This document shows positions 1 to 12,723 of a DNA stretch of 53,742 nt, piece by piece (position 1 is the first letter of the stretch; every line of letters starts with the position of its first letter). The DNA lies in the NCBI GenBank assembly GCA_026770705.1, contig JANJGN010001184.1:124001-177742 (forward strand), read 5' to 3'. The notes under the pieces are model-generated. The model did no database searches. It was not told the DNA's origin and saw only the letters and a list, made by a program, of their open reading frames with translations. This DNA is from Isurus oxyrinchus (Eukaryota). The translations under genes were made by a program, and so were the position numbers.

Positions 1-960
1 CAGCTTTGTTGTCCCATTTGATCCTGAGATGAGCTTCCGGCCTCATATCTGCGCCCTCACTAACACTGTCTATTTCCACCTCCGTAACATCGCACGACAT
101 CACCCTGTCTCAGCTCATCTGCTGCTGAAACCCTCATCCACGCCTTCATTACCTCCAGACTCGACTGTTCCAACACACGCTCTACACTCCATAAACTTGA
201 GGCCATCCAAAACTGCTGACCATGTCCTTACTCACACCAAGTCCCATTCCCTTATCACCCGCTCTGCTCGATGACCGAGACTGGCTCTTGGTCAAGCAAA
301 GTCTCAATGTCACAATTTTCATCTTTGTTTCCTCACTATCTCTGTAATCTCCTCGTCCTCCTCCAGTACCTACAACCATCCCATTCTCTGTAACCTCTTC
401 AAGCCTCTGCTGCTTCCCTATATCTGTAAATTCATCCTGCACAAAAAACCTACCAAACTCTGCAACCTCCTCCAGCCACTACAAACCTCTCTAGCTCTGC
501 GAACTCCTCCATACCCTACACTCTCCCAATCTCTCTTAAATTTTCCAGCCTCTACAACCCTCCCTATCTCTGTAACTCCTCCAATCACTACAACCCTCCC
601 TATCTCTGTAACCTCCTCCAGCCCCTCCAACCCTCTGAGGTCTCTGTGCTCATCCAATTCCAGCCTCTTGACCATCCCCCGATCCCATCACTCCAACATC
701 GGCGGCCGTGCCTTCAGCTGCCTGGGACCTGAGCTCTGTAACACCCTCCCTCAACCCCTCTCCGTCCCTCTCTCTCACTCTCTCCATCACTCTGTCTCTC
801 TCTCACTATCCATTTCATCCCCCTTTGAAGATTCTCCATAACACCGACCTCTTCTGGCCAGCTGTCGCTAATATCTCCACATGTGTCTGGGTGACATAGT
901 TGTTTTATGACGCTCCTGTGTAGCACCTTGGGGTGATTTGTCATGTTCAAGTTGTTGTGT
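1..960 (+). mobile_element. Degenerate L2/CR1-type LINE 3' region with internal CT-rich tandem repeats
   Basis: YFHLRNIAR-like RT C-terminal remnant and repeated ctctgtaacctcctccagcc units. Related pieces at about 12980-13510, 17700-17990 and 26310-26540. Confidence 0.6.
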
Positions 961-1519
961 AAATATAAGTTGTAGACCTTTGACCCTCGACCCCAGATCG
1001 AGTCTTATTTTAGAGGGAATGTACAACCTCCTTAGATTTCTGACCAAAATGTCATTTGATTATTTTTACTGAGCGAATGCCAAGCCCCGATACCGAGCGA
1101 GAGCCTCCTCATTTGCTGAGTTTAAGGTGATGAGTCAGCCCCTTAGTCCGTAGAGGGGATTCTCCTCGGTAATGTGCAGCCTTGTTTGTGTCTCTCCACA
1201 AGCGCATGAGGGGTTTGTACAGAGGCTGCAGCGCTGGAGGGGGTCTGCACAGGGGTCCTGGCCTGTCCTGAGCCGGTTTTAGCAAGGACCACTCTGGCCT
1301 TGGCAGCTGAAAGCCAGCCATTGGACAGACGGGGCCTGTCACAAGGAGCCTGTTAGTCACTCCCCCCCCGTGTCTCCTGTGCTCGGATCCAGACCATGTT
1401 GGCTGGTGGATCTGGCTCAGGAAGGGTCCTCCCCATGGGACCCCCAGATGGAAGGTGGGTCGAGCGGGTCAGTCACTTGCATGTTTATTCTGCAGCTTTA
1501 ATATTTTAAGAAGGTAAGA

Positions 1520-2320
1520 ATGTAGGAACATAAGAAATAGGGACAGGAGCAGGCCATTCAGCCCCTCGAGCCTGCTCTTGCTGATCTGGTTGTGGCCTTA
1601 ACTCCATTTTCCTGCCTGTCCCCCAAACCCTTGACCCCCTTGTCGATCAAAAACCTGCCTCACTCAGCCTTGAGTCTATTCAATGGCCCAGCCTCCACTG
1701 CTCTCTGGGGAAGAGAATTCCACAGGCTAGCGCCCCTCTGAGAGAGGAAATTCCTCCTCATCTCAGTCCTAAATGGGGGAGCCCTCATTCCGAAACTGTG
1801 CTCCCTGGTTCTAGATTCCCCCACGACGGGGAAACATCCTCCCAGCATCCACCCTGTCAAGCCCCCTCGGAATCGTATATGTTTCAATAAGGTCACCCTT
1901 CATTCTTCTAAACTCCAATGGATACAGGCCCAACCTGCTCAACATTTCCTCACAGGACAAACCCTTTAATCCCAGGAATCAGCCCAGTGAAGCTTCTCTG
2001 AACTGCCTGTACACAATGATCCTGTTACAATCTCACTAACACCCTGTGCAGCTGTTGCAAGACTTCTCTCCTTTTATACTCCATCCCTTTGCAAAAAAGG
2101 CCAACATTCCACTTGCCTTCCTCATTCCGTGGTGTTCCTGAATGCTGACTTTCTGTGATTCATGTACAAGGACACCCAGATCCCTCTGTACTGCATTCTG
2201 CAGCCTGTCTCCATTTAAATAATATTCTGTTTTTCTATTCTTCCTGCCAAAATAATTTGTTGCCATTCTCCTCAGTATTGACCATCCCCCCAATTCAGCC
2301 TCATCTGTAAATTTTGAGTC
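1520..2320 (-). mobile_element. CR1 LINE 3' fragment
   Basis: - strand peptides RDLGVLVHESQKVS and FRTEMRRNFLSQR..WNSLP; tail of cttatgttc-type repeats. Confidence 0.85.
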
Positions 2321-2371
2321 TAGTGGATCCACAAACCATCCAGAGATAAATATTGAGATTTCTCTCCCCAG

Positions 2372-2740
2372 TTGGACTGTCACAAGAGTGGAAAAGTGAC
2401 ACTCCACGAGAGGTGACAGCGCAGGAAGGTTCGTGTGTACAGATTCCATGTCATTACAGTTATCCATCGTGTCTGGAAAACCAACCGCGAGGTGGAGTCT
2501 GGTTTAATGACGAGAAACAGATTCCCTGGGCTCCCATTGCCTTTCACTCCAAGGATCACAGTCATGAGTTACCACGGTTCCACCATCGGACCCGGCTGTC
2601 TGGAGACCTGAAAGATGGCGACTGTTCCCTGATTATAAACAACATCAGACGGGAAGATGCAGGACCTTATTTTTTCAGAATAGAATTTGACAATGGTCCG
2701 AGCCATAACTATTACCCTGTAACCCAGCTTCACGTTTCTG
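2372..2740 (+). CDS. Siglec-like gene A, V-set sialic-acid-binding Ig domain exon (phase 1-1)
   Basis: ccccag acceptor and G|gtaagt donor, 369 nt open. GLSQEW..CVQIPC..W..GDCSLII..DAGPYFFRIE: Siglec B-E strand Cys pair, extra interdomain Cys and F-strand Arg (cf. CD33 YFFRME). Confidence 0.92.
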
Positions 2741-4055
2741 GTAAGTGCTGTGTTATAATTACTCAACAATTCACATTCAACACTCAATGGGAAATAACAC
2801 AAACTGTGATGTTTACATATTAACACAAAACACAGCTTATTATAACACACTGTCTGATTCTCAATAACCTGCTGATAGCTTCCAGTTCAGTCCTAAAGCA
2901 ACCTCTAATACTCACTTTAATATCAATGATTAAATGTATTGACTGTGTCCATCAATGTTATCAGGTTATCCACTCCCATCAGTCTACCTCATGCTTTTTA
3001 AATGTCTAACAATTTGACAAAAGAAGGATGTGCATTCCTATAGCGCCTTACACCACCTCAGCAAACTTCAAATCATTTCACAGACAATGAAGAAATTCTT
3101 GAAGTATAGTCACTGTCTAACGTGGCAGTGAGTTTGTGCACAGGAAGATCCCATAGAGAGCAATGGGATCAGTGACCCAGATCTCTGAGAGAATGATGAG
3201 CCAGGGTTCCATGAGCTGTGGGCTGCTCCATCACCCACACCCCAGTGTTGGCAATTCAAGGGTCTGGGAGTGAAAGTGTATTGAGCTCAGTGACACATTC
3301 CCCACCAAGTTTGAAAATAGGAAAGTTGCTGCTGATTGTTGTTACCTCTCAGTTCCCATCTCATCCTTGGAAACCTGCTTTCAAAATACAAAAGCAAGTC
3401 TCACATTTCCATAGCGCCTTTCACCACCTCAGGACGATCCTAAATCAATTCACAGTCAATGAAGTGATTCTTGAAGCACACATTCGCCCCACTCTCTGGG
3501 TAAAGAAGTTTCTCCTGAATTCCCCATTGGATTTATTAGTGAGGATCTTATATTGTCAGCCTCTGGTTTTGTTCATTGTGAGGAATGGAAACACTCTCTC
3601 CATGTCTACTCGATCAAAACCTTTCACTACTTCAAAGATCAAATGAGGTCACCACTCAACCTTCTCTGTTCAAGAGAACAGAGACCCAGACTGTACATCC
3701 TCTCCTGATAGGTAAAGCCTCACATTGCTGAGATCATCCTTGTGAAGCTTTTTACCACCCTCTCCAGTGTCTCTATATCCTTTTCCAAATGCTGAGTCTG
3801 TTCTCCCCGAGCTGTGAGCTGTTCCTCCACCCTCACCCAGTCTGGTCAAATCAAGGGTCACTGAGTGAGAGTGTATTAATCTGAGTGACAGAGATTCAAC
3901 AAGTGTAAAAATAGACAATTCTTAAATGATCATTGTAACCTCTCAGTTCTGATATCATCCTTGTAAAAGTGCTTTCTCGTGTGGGACTGTGATTTCTATT
4001 TGAACTGATGCTTCACGTTATATTTCTCTAAAAGGATCCATTCTCTGTCTGTTAG

Positions 4056-4352
4056 ATTTCACAGATAAACCCACGATATTCCTTGCTGAAATTATTGCAG
4101 GAAAGCGTGTGGATGTAAGCTGCACCTTCAACACAACGTGCAATGGAACAGCAGAACCTGTCTTAACCTGGGACACTCCCACTGACGTACCTGGATCAGT
4201 CTCAAACACTGTAACTCAGCATGGTGTCACTCTGACCTATACTTCTGTTCTGACCCTGATCCCATCACTCAAACACCACGGACACACACTCAGCTGCAGA
4301 GTGAGATATCCATCTGTTTCATCGGAGCGGACCCTCGTAATGACTGTGCTAT
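4056..4352 (+). CDS. Gene A, first C2-set Ig exon
   Basis: gttag acceptor, T|gtaagt donor, 297 nt open. DFTDKPTIF..VSCTFNTTCNGT..LTW..YTSVLTLIP..LSCRV, with the extra Cys typical of Siglec domain 2. Confidence 0.9.
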
Positions 4353-4524
4353 GTAAGTACAAACACCCTTCATTCTACATTAGCTGAATAGTATCAAATG
4401 TGCACAGCAAGCTCCCACATACTGCACTTTGTTTACCAACAAACCATTGGTGTTTCACTGGTAAAAAGTGACCCCTGACAGGCAGTACATCCTTACTACT
4501 GACTCTCCGACAGTGCATATTGGC

Positions 4525-6255
4525 TCATAGACTCATAGACACATAGACAGAAGGAGGCCATTTAGCCCATCATGTCCATGCTGGTCAGCAACTCCCTCCC
4601 CAAGTGCATCACCTCACATTTTTCCAGGTTGAATTCCATTTGCGTCTTGATCGTTCCCCCTTTATATAAGTCCAATTCATTTATATACACCACAAACAGC
4701 AAGTGCCCCAGCACTGAGCCCTGTGGAACCCCACTGGAAACAGACATCCAGTCACAGAAACATCCCTCCACCATCACCCTCTGCTTCCTGCCTCAGCCAA
4801 TATTGGATCCAACGTGCCACTTTGCCTTGGATCCCATGGGCTCTTACTTTCTTGGCCTCTCTGCCAAGAGGCACCTTATCAAATGCCTTCCTCAGCCCAT
4901 GTCGACCACATCAAAGGCATTACTCTCATCAACACTCCTGGTTACCTCCTCAAAAGATTTGATCAGGTTTGTCAAACATGACCTTCCCTTAACAAATCCA
5001 TGCTGAATATCCCAGATTAATCCTTGTCTCTCCCAGTGCAGATTCATTCTGTCCTTCAGAATTCTTACTAGTAACTTCCCCACCACCGAGGTTAGACTGA
5101 CTGGCCTGTAATTTCCTGATCTATCCCTTCCTCCCTTTTTTAATAATGGGACAACATTAGCCATCCTCCAGTCCTCTGGCACCTCACCTGTGGCCAGAGA
5201 GGATTTGAAAATTACTGCCAGGGCCCCTGATATCTCTTCCCTTTCCTCCCTCAACAGCTTTGGATTCATCTCATCCAGGCTTGTGGATTTATCCACTTTT
5301 CAGGCCATTAAACCCACTAGTACCTCCTCTCTCTGTGTTAATTTCCTCTCATATTTCACTGTCCTCCACCCTGATGTTATATCTGCATCATCCTTTTCCA
5401 TTGTGAAGACTGATGCAAAGTATTCATTGAGGACTGTACCCACGTCTTCCAGGTCCACACACCCATTACCTCGATGGTCCGTAATCAGCCCCACTCTTTA
5501 CCGAGTTATTCTCCTGCTCTTTACATATTTAAAAAACCCCTCTGCATTTTGCTTTATTCTACCCACCTGTGTTTTCTCATGCACTCTCTTATCTTTCCTA
5601 ATGTCCTTTTTCAGTTCCCATCTGCACTATTTGTACTCCTCTAGGGACTCTGCTGTATTGAGCCCTCAGTATCTGCCATAAGCTTCTCTTTTTTCTCAAT
5701 CCTAACCTTTATGTTCCTTGTCTTCCAGGGTTCTCCAGACTTGGTCTCCCTCTTTGTCTTTACAGGAAGATATCTGCTCTGTACTCTCGCTATTCCCTCC
5801 TTGAATGCCTCCCACTGCTCTGATACAGTTTTATCTGCAAAGAGCTTCTCCCAGTCCACTTGGGCCAAATCATATCTCATCTTAGTAAAATTAGCCTTTC
5901 CCCAGTTTAGAATTTTTATTCCCAGCCCAAACTTATCCTTCTCCATAACTGTCCTAAATCCAATTGAGTTACAGTCACTATCTCCCCTACTGATACGCTT
6001 TCCACCTTCCCCGGCGCTTTTCCATATATTACGTCCAGAACTGTCCCCTCCCTTGTTGAGCTTTCTATGCACAGGCTAAAAATCTTCTCCTGGATGCAAC
6101 TTCAGAATTTTTCTCCCTCCCTACCTTGCTCACTAAAGCTGTCCCAATTAATATTTGGGTAGTTAAAATCCCTGAGTATTACTGCTTTATTATTCTTACA
6201 CATCTCTGAAATGTGATCACATGTTGGATTGTCCATCTCTCCCTGACTGTTTGTT
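4525..6255 (-). mobile_element. CR1 LINE ORF2 fragment in gene A intron
   Basis: VPEDWRMANVVPLLKKG..NYRPVSLTSVVGK..QHGFVKGRSCLTNL and SGVPQGSVLG; contains stops and deletions. Confidence 0.92.
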
Positions 6256-6260
6256 GGTTT

Positions 6261-6625
6261 TATATCTTGAGTCTATGAGTTCACTGGTTGATTAAACTCG
6301 AATTGCACTCCTTCATGTACACTTGTTAGTTGATAAAAACAAAAAAACATCAACTCTTTTCTTCTCCCCCGATGCTGCCAGACCTGTTGAGTTATTCTTA
6401 GCTGATGCTCGCTATCAATAACCAAGAGAGACCAACATTAGAACAAGCTGATTATTTATTGTAACAGAGGGCAGAGCACTAAATTCTTGCCTGCTCTCAC
6501 CGCCACCTCCAGCTCTAGACTTACAGTTAACCAGTGGCCCACACTGTCCAGTGATTGGTCAGTACTGTCACATGGTTTATCCACTTGTATTCTCTTAAAG
6601 GTACCTGGCACTCCACATTATCACA
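6261..6625 (-). mobile_element. Solo LTR of a Gypsy-like element
   Basis: Matches both LTRs at 30984-31275 and 32670-32964, with the same flanks. Confidence 0.72.
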
Positions 6626-7196
6626 GGAGGCCTATAGTACACACATAACAGCGTGTTTGCCTCCTCAGCACTGACCCGTCTACAGTGCAGCATTTCCCTC
6701 ATTACTGACTCTCTAACAGTGTAATGATCCCTCAGTAGTGCTCCTCCAACATTGCACTGGTCAATCAGAACTGACGCTCTGACTGTGCAGTTTTACCTCA
6801 GCAGTAACCCTCCTACAGTGCAGCGCTCCCACAGTACTGTCCCTCCTACAGTGCAGCACTCCCTGTCTCTCCTACAGTGCAGCACTCCCTCAGAAGCGAA
6901 CATTTGACAGTGCAGCACTACTTCAGTACTGACCCTCCAACAGTGCAGATCTCCCTCACTACTGACCCTCCGACAGTGCAGCACCCCCTCAGGACTGACC
7001 CTCTGACAGTGCAGCACGCCCTCAGTACTGACCCTCTGACAGTGCAGCACGCCCTCAATACTGAACTGAAGTGTCTGCCTGGATTACGGGCTATGTGGTG
7101 AAAGAACTTACATTGACATCACACCTTTCACATTCTCAGTGTCTTTCAAAGTGCTTCACAGTCAGTGTAAGTTAACTGATCTGTATTTGTTTTTAG

Positions 7197-7478
7197 ATGC
7201 TCCACGGAATCTCTCAATTACTTCTCCAGATATGATTAACGCTTCATCGATCAATATAATTGAGGGGAATTCTGCAGTGATAATCTGCTCTGTCGAGAGC
7301 TTCCCAGCTTCTAACCTGACGTGGCGACATCTTAATGTCCCAATGAACAGAACAAGTTCCAACAATGAGCTGTGGTTGGTGATTCCTCACGTTACATCCA
7401 GGGATACTGGAGAATATCAGTGTGTGGCAGAGAATGAACATGGAGCAGTGGAGGGGTTCCTAACCATTACTGTGGAAC
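7197..7478 (+). CDS. Gene A, second C2/I-set Ig exon
   Basis: ttttag acceptor, C|gtgagt donor, 282 nt. YAPRN..EGNSAVIICSVESFPASNLTW..DTGEYQCVAENEHG. Confidence 0.9.
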
Positions 7479-9188
7479 GTGAGTGTACACAGACTTCAAT
7501 ATTTCTCTCATCTCCGAACACATATACTCAGATGCTCTCCCACACACACACACACACACAAGCACTCACAAATGTGCAGACCCAAAGTGCATGCACACAC
7601 ACAATCCCACACTCATGAGCACACAGAAAGACACACTCACACACAAACACATTAGTACACACTTCCCTGTGAGTTACCTGACCTCCCCCAGTACTGCACT
7701 GGAGAGTTCTCCTGGATTCTGGGATTTGTGTTCCCATTCATATTTATCGAAGAATATCCAAATTACAAAGTCTATTCCAGAAACTCACATGCACAAAGAT
7801 TCCAACTGATACTCCCCACCTCTCCGTGTATCTCTCTCCTCCTTTAAGAAGCTTCCTAATCCCTAACTCTTGCCTGTCCTAACTCCTCCTTATAATGCCC
7901 TGTGTCAAATTTTTTGTGTATCTGAGAGAAAGGGAGAGATAAGGAAGTTTAGGAAGGGATTTCCTGTTAGTGAAGAGCTTACTTCTTTTTCTCACCTTTC
8001 CAGTGTTCAGTTTTGCCATCATGTCCAATGACCCTGTTTATAATGGGGGCCTCCTATGTAAACGTCACACTGTCTTTACATCCTCCCACCAGTGGTGGCA
8101 CTGTGGTGCTTAACCTTGCACCTCCCAGCTTTTCAGCCAACTTCACTTCCCAATTTGCTACACATGCTGTAAGTTCATCAAAACTAACTTATATATCAAA
8201 TGGTAGATGTGATAATTCATTTTACTGAAAGGTTCATCCGCGCTCTGGGAAAGGTTTGCACTCTCCAGGAAGCAGGAATAGGCTGGATGTTGGGGTGTTC
8301 ATTTTTTCCCAGAGAGTAGGGATCCTCGGGAATGTGCTGTCAGTGGGTGTGGTGGTTGCTGTCTCTCTGTTGCCTTCAAGAGGGATCTGGAGTGGTTACT
8401 GACTGGGGGAGAGATCATGGAAGCAGAGAATGATACAGCACAGGAGGAGGCCATTCAGCCCATTGTGCATGTGCCAAGTCTTTCAATGTTCTATCCAATC
8501 AGATCCACTAACCACCACTCCACTTTGCCCCCATCTTCTTCCTTCAAGTGTTTATCCAATTTCCCTTTTGAAAGTTCCTATTGAATCTGCTTCCACCGCC
8601 CTTTCAGGCAGCACCTTCCAGATCACAACAACTCGCTCTGTCAAAACAAATTCTCCTCATCTCCCCCTCCAGTTCATCAATCTGTGTCCCTCTGGTTACC
8701 GACCCTCCTGCCCCTTAAATACATCGATCCTGTTCACCTCAACCACTCCCTGTGGGAGCGAGTTCCACATTCTCCCCTCTCTCTGGGTAAAGATTGGAAC
8801 TGTTTATTAAGCGGGGGGTGTAAGTCCGTGGGGGAGTCCATCTCGATCCTGCCCGATTCGCACACGCGTCCGAGATGGATTTCCACCCTGCACTAAACGT
8901 TTCCAGAATTTTCTACAGCACAATCCTGTACACAGCGATGGAGAGAAACATTGGACAGGGAGTCCAACAGCACAATGATCCATTCTCACCAATGTTCCAC
9001 GCTAAGGGGAAAGTTCCGATTGTCCACTCTTAGAGTGTTTACAATGAAAACATTCATTCCACATTGAATCCCAGTGGATGGGTCAATATTACAGCAAATG
9101 TTGCAGTGATATGAAGCTTGATTGTTCAGCCAGAGTGAGAGATTGAAAGCGGAGAGTCAGTGATGATTTCTTTCTGTGTGTTCTCTAG

Positions 9189-9328
9189 ACAGTGGAGGAG
9201 AGATTCTGCACGTGATCCTGATCCTGGGAATACGAGCTGTGATATTCCTTGTGGCTGTGGTTATCACTATCGCTGGAGTCTGTGTCTGGGAGAGACAAAC
9301 AGTGAAAGGAAGTCGACAGACTGTTTGA
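9189..9328 (+). CDS. Gene A, terminal TM exon with intramembrane Arg and short tail (activating type)
   Basis: ttctctag acceptor in phase 1 gives HSGGEILHVILILGIRAVIFLVAVVITIAGVCVWERQTVKGSRQTV*. No tyrosine motif. Confidence 0.82.
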
Positions 9329-9419
9329 AGCTTTGTACAGCAACAATCTGGTCAGTCAGTGCGGACAAATAACGTGTGATGTTGTGTTAAGTTGTAAAGA
9401 AACTGGTCAGTGTCCTGGT

Positions 9420-10045
9420 TAGAATCACCTTCGTATCAGAGAGGCATTCCAGCACAGTGGGAGCCCATTCAGCCCATTGAGTCTATGCTGTCTCTCTGTA
9501 GAGCAATCCAGTCAGTCCCATTCCCCCGCTTTATCCCCGTATCCCTGTGAGTTTATTTCTAAGTGTCCGTCCAATTTCCTTTTGAAATCATTCATCGTCT
9601 CCGCTTCCACCATCCTCGTAGGCAGCGAATTCCAGCTCATTACCACTCGCTGTGTAAAAAAGTTCCTCCTCACATCCCCCCCCGCCCAAAACCTTCAATC
9701 TGTGTCCCCCAGTCCTTGTCCCATCAGCTAATGGCAACAGCTTGTCTTTGTCTACGTTATCTAAACCCATCATCATCTTGTACACCTCGATCAGATCCCC
9801 CCTCAATCTCCTTTGCTCCAAGCAGAACAACCCCAGCTTCTCCAACCCAACCTTGTAGCTAAAATCCCTCATCCCTGGACCCATTCTGCTCAATCTCCTC
9901 CCCACCCTCTCAAGGACCCTCACTTCCTTCCCAAAGTGGGGAGACCAGAACTGGACACAATACTCTAGTTGTGACCTAACCAGAGCTTTATAAATGTTCA
10001 GCATAACCTCCCTGTGTTTGTACTCAATCCCTCGATTTATGAAAA
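9420..10045 (-). mobile_element. CR1 3' fragment downstream of the gene A TM exon (copy at about 22350-22970)
   Basis: YKALVRSQLEYCVQFWSPH..LEQRRLRGDLIEVYK. Confidence 0.9.
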
Positions 10046-10400
10046 GCTTATTCTTTCCATCAGCAGAAACAATAATTTCCAAGCGGACTCCCATCAGCAG
10101 ACAGAGTGCAATGAAACATCGGCATGCCTGCTTCTTAATGTACGGAGAGAAACCTGCAACGAGAGATTCTCCTTCTTCTCCTCAGCAAGCTGAAACTTTT
10201 CCTTATACCTGGTGCTCCCCAGTCCTGCTGTGTGGACACATCATAACCACGGCATTGTCTGGCTGTGTGCAGCCAACATGGTCGAATAGGAATGAACAGA
10301 AATGTGCCGTTGCTAAACTCTGTTCTCTGATTGGAATGTGCTTTCTGAATGCTGCACCTTTTTCATGCTGCGATAGATTGTAAGAAGCATTTGGGTTATG

Positions 10401-10406
10401 AATAAA
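10401..10406 (+). terminator. Probable poly(A) signal of gene A
   Basis: AATAAA at the end of a segment conserved with gene C (about 23328) and homologous to the 3' UTR after the last ITIM exon. Confidence 0.5.
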
Positions 10407-10749
10407 ATTACATTGATTAACACAAGTGATTAAAATGCTCAGCCTGTTCTGTAGATATTTATAGATTAAAATTCTTATTTTGCTGCCAAATTCTTGGCTC
10501 AAAGACATTACTTCGTGTTGTCACTTTTTCCAGTCAGATGAATTCCTGTGCCCATCTTTATAATGGAAATTTTCAATGTAAACACGTCACATTGCAGCTG
10601 CACACAATTGCCAGTAGGTGGTGTGATATCAAAGCTGCCTTGCTGCTCAGAAAGAGAGAGAAATATTCCTGACAAATGCATGAACTTCATGTGTGCATCA
10701 GACACTGACATCAGATGCAATTTTGTGCAATTTGTGCAATGTACTTTAG

Positions 10750-11420
10750 ACAGTGCAGCACTCCCTCAGTTCAGACCCTCCAACAGTGCTGCACTCCCTC
10801 AGTTTAGACCCTCCAGCAGTGCAGCACTCCCTCAGTTCAGACCCTCCAACAGTGCAGCACTCCCTCAGTTCAGACCCTCCAGCAGTGCAGCACTCCCTCA
10901 GTTCAGACCCTCCAGCAGTGCAGCACTCCCTCAGTTCAGACCTTCCGACAGTGCAGCACTCCGTCAGTTTAGACCCTCCTACAGTGCAGCAATCCCTCAG
11001 TTTATACCTTCCAACAGTGCAGCACTCCCTCAGTTCAGACCTTCCGACACTGCAGCACTCCCTCAGTTTAGACCCTCCAGCAGTGCAGCACTCCCTCAGT
11101 TCAGACCCTCCAACGGGTGCAGCACTCTCTCAGTTTAGACCCTCCAACAGTGCAGCACTCCCTCAGTTCAGACCCTCCAACGGTGCAGCACTCTCTCAGT
11201 TTAGACCCTCCAGCAGAGCAGCACTCCCTCAGTTCTGACCGGCCGACAGTGCAGCACTCCCTCAGTGCCAACACTCTGACAGTGCAGAACTCCCTCACAG
11301 CTGTCCCTCAAACAGAGCAGCACTCCCTCGCTGCTTATCCTCCATCAGTGCAGCACTCCGTCAATACTGACCCTCTGACAGGGTAGCACTCCAACAATAC
11401 TGACTCTCCGACAGTGCAGA
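10750..11420 (+). repeat. 33-bp minisatellite variant (..CTCAGTTCAGACCCTCCA..)
   Basis: Locally homogenised variant of the same unit. Confidence 0.9.
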
Positions 11421-12085
11421 ACATGCTTAGTATTTCTCCTCCAACAGCATTTTTAAATATAAACCCTCAGAGCCATGGTAGAAATTTGAAGTTAACAAAC
11501 AGCAAACAGAAAGATCACAGAGTCATGATGAATTGCCAACAGTTTGATTCTGTTGTAACGCATTGTGAAATTACGGACTCACTCCTACTGCCTGTTTACT
11601 CACTCCTTTGCTACTTCCCCATTTTGTCTCACAGAGACACATCAACCCTTTCTCACTAAATACACAGAGGGGGCAGCACAGGAAGAGGTCATTCAGCCCA
11701 AGCAGAGCGTGTGGGCAGTTCCTCCCCAGGCGAGCAGTCGGACAGGTCCTGGGTAAGTAACGGAACGATTGGAATTCACTTCCACGACCAACACCGTCCT
11801 TTGTTGATGTTGTGACTTAATAAAGACAGATTCCAATGATTGATGCCTTTGAAAGATTTCTACTGATTATTGAGATCAGGGTGTGAGGCTCAAGTCTGTT
11901 GTACAGAAAATCTTTCTAGCTCAAGGGATGAGGGAAGTGCAGAGACATGAGCTTGGGGGCGTCCTGAGGTGGTGAAAGGTGCTATAGAAATGCAAGTCTT
12001 TCATTGTTTTCTTTCTTAAAGCCTTGTAACTCTCTGCAGAGCACCTATCATCCCACAGAGAATCAAATTAGTCTGTGAAGACATT

Positions 12086-12723
12086 GGGCTGTATTTTCCA
12101 GCCTGTCGAGCGGGTGGGCCTGACCCAATCTCCAGCGGGCGGGGAGCCAATCCCCACCGGAGAAGCGGGCCCCGCCGCCATTTTAAGTGGGCGTGCCAAT
12201 TAAGGCCCACCCAGCGTGATGTCCGGCGGGAAGGGCTATGCCCTTCCTGTGTGGGCCGGGGGTGGGGGGTGGGGGTGGGGACATTCCCCAAATGCGAGAG
12301 TGCGCTCTGTCACACATGCGCATGATAAAGCCCACATCACCCTGAGGCTAAGTGCTGCCTCAGGGAGATCGCTGAAAGGTTTTCAAACAATCAAAATAGA
12401 AAAATAAAAAAATCCTCAACATGTCCCCCTCACGTGACAATGTCACTCGAGATGGGACATGTTAATAAACTGCACCAAAACTTTAATAAACTCTTTTAAA
12501 ACCGACATGAGTCCTCGTCCCGCCGGTGGATGAGGTTTCATGTTTTCTCTAGTTGTCGCTGGAGCTCCTGCCCTGCCCACCAGCCTTAAGGTTGGACCGG
12601 CAGGTCGGTTCATTGTTTAAATGTTCCTGTCAATGGCTTCAATTGGCCATTGACAGGTCGGCGGGCCCTCAGCTGAATTCACTGCACCCCTGCCCCCTGC
12701 TCACCGACAGCGAAACTCTGCCC
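12086..12723. mobile_element. Non-autonomous DNA transposon (MITE, Harbinger-like) with ATT target duplication
   Basis: Imperfect TIRs GGGCTGTATTTTC / GAAACTCTGCCC and a 3-bp TSD. Paralogous empty sites gaagacattgtctaaaag (about 17431) and gaagatattgtctaaaag (about 26033). Confidence 0.8.

Noticed and set aside
2372-2740. Possible rearranging Ig/TCR/IgNAR V segment
   Set aside because: No F-strand YYC, no heptamer-nonamer RSS after the exon, and the G strand is encoded in the same exon. The motifs are Siglec-type.
3218-3646. 142-aa ORF conserved at 27937-28365
   Set aside because: Intronic mosaic of SINE/CR1 remnants; conservation reflects A/D near-identity and there is no domain signature.
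8836-8880. Short inverted repeat TCCATCTCG...CGAGATGGA upstream of the Arg-TM exon (also about 21768)
   Set aside because: Only a 9-bp stem, conserved simply because the block is recently duplicated; no recognisable RNA family.
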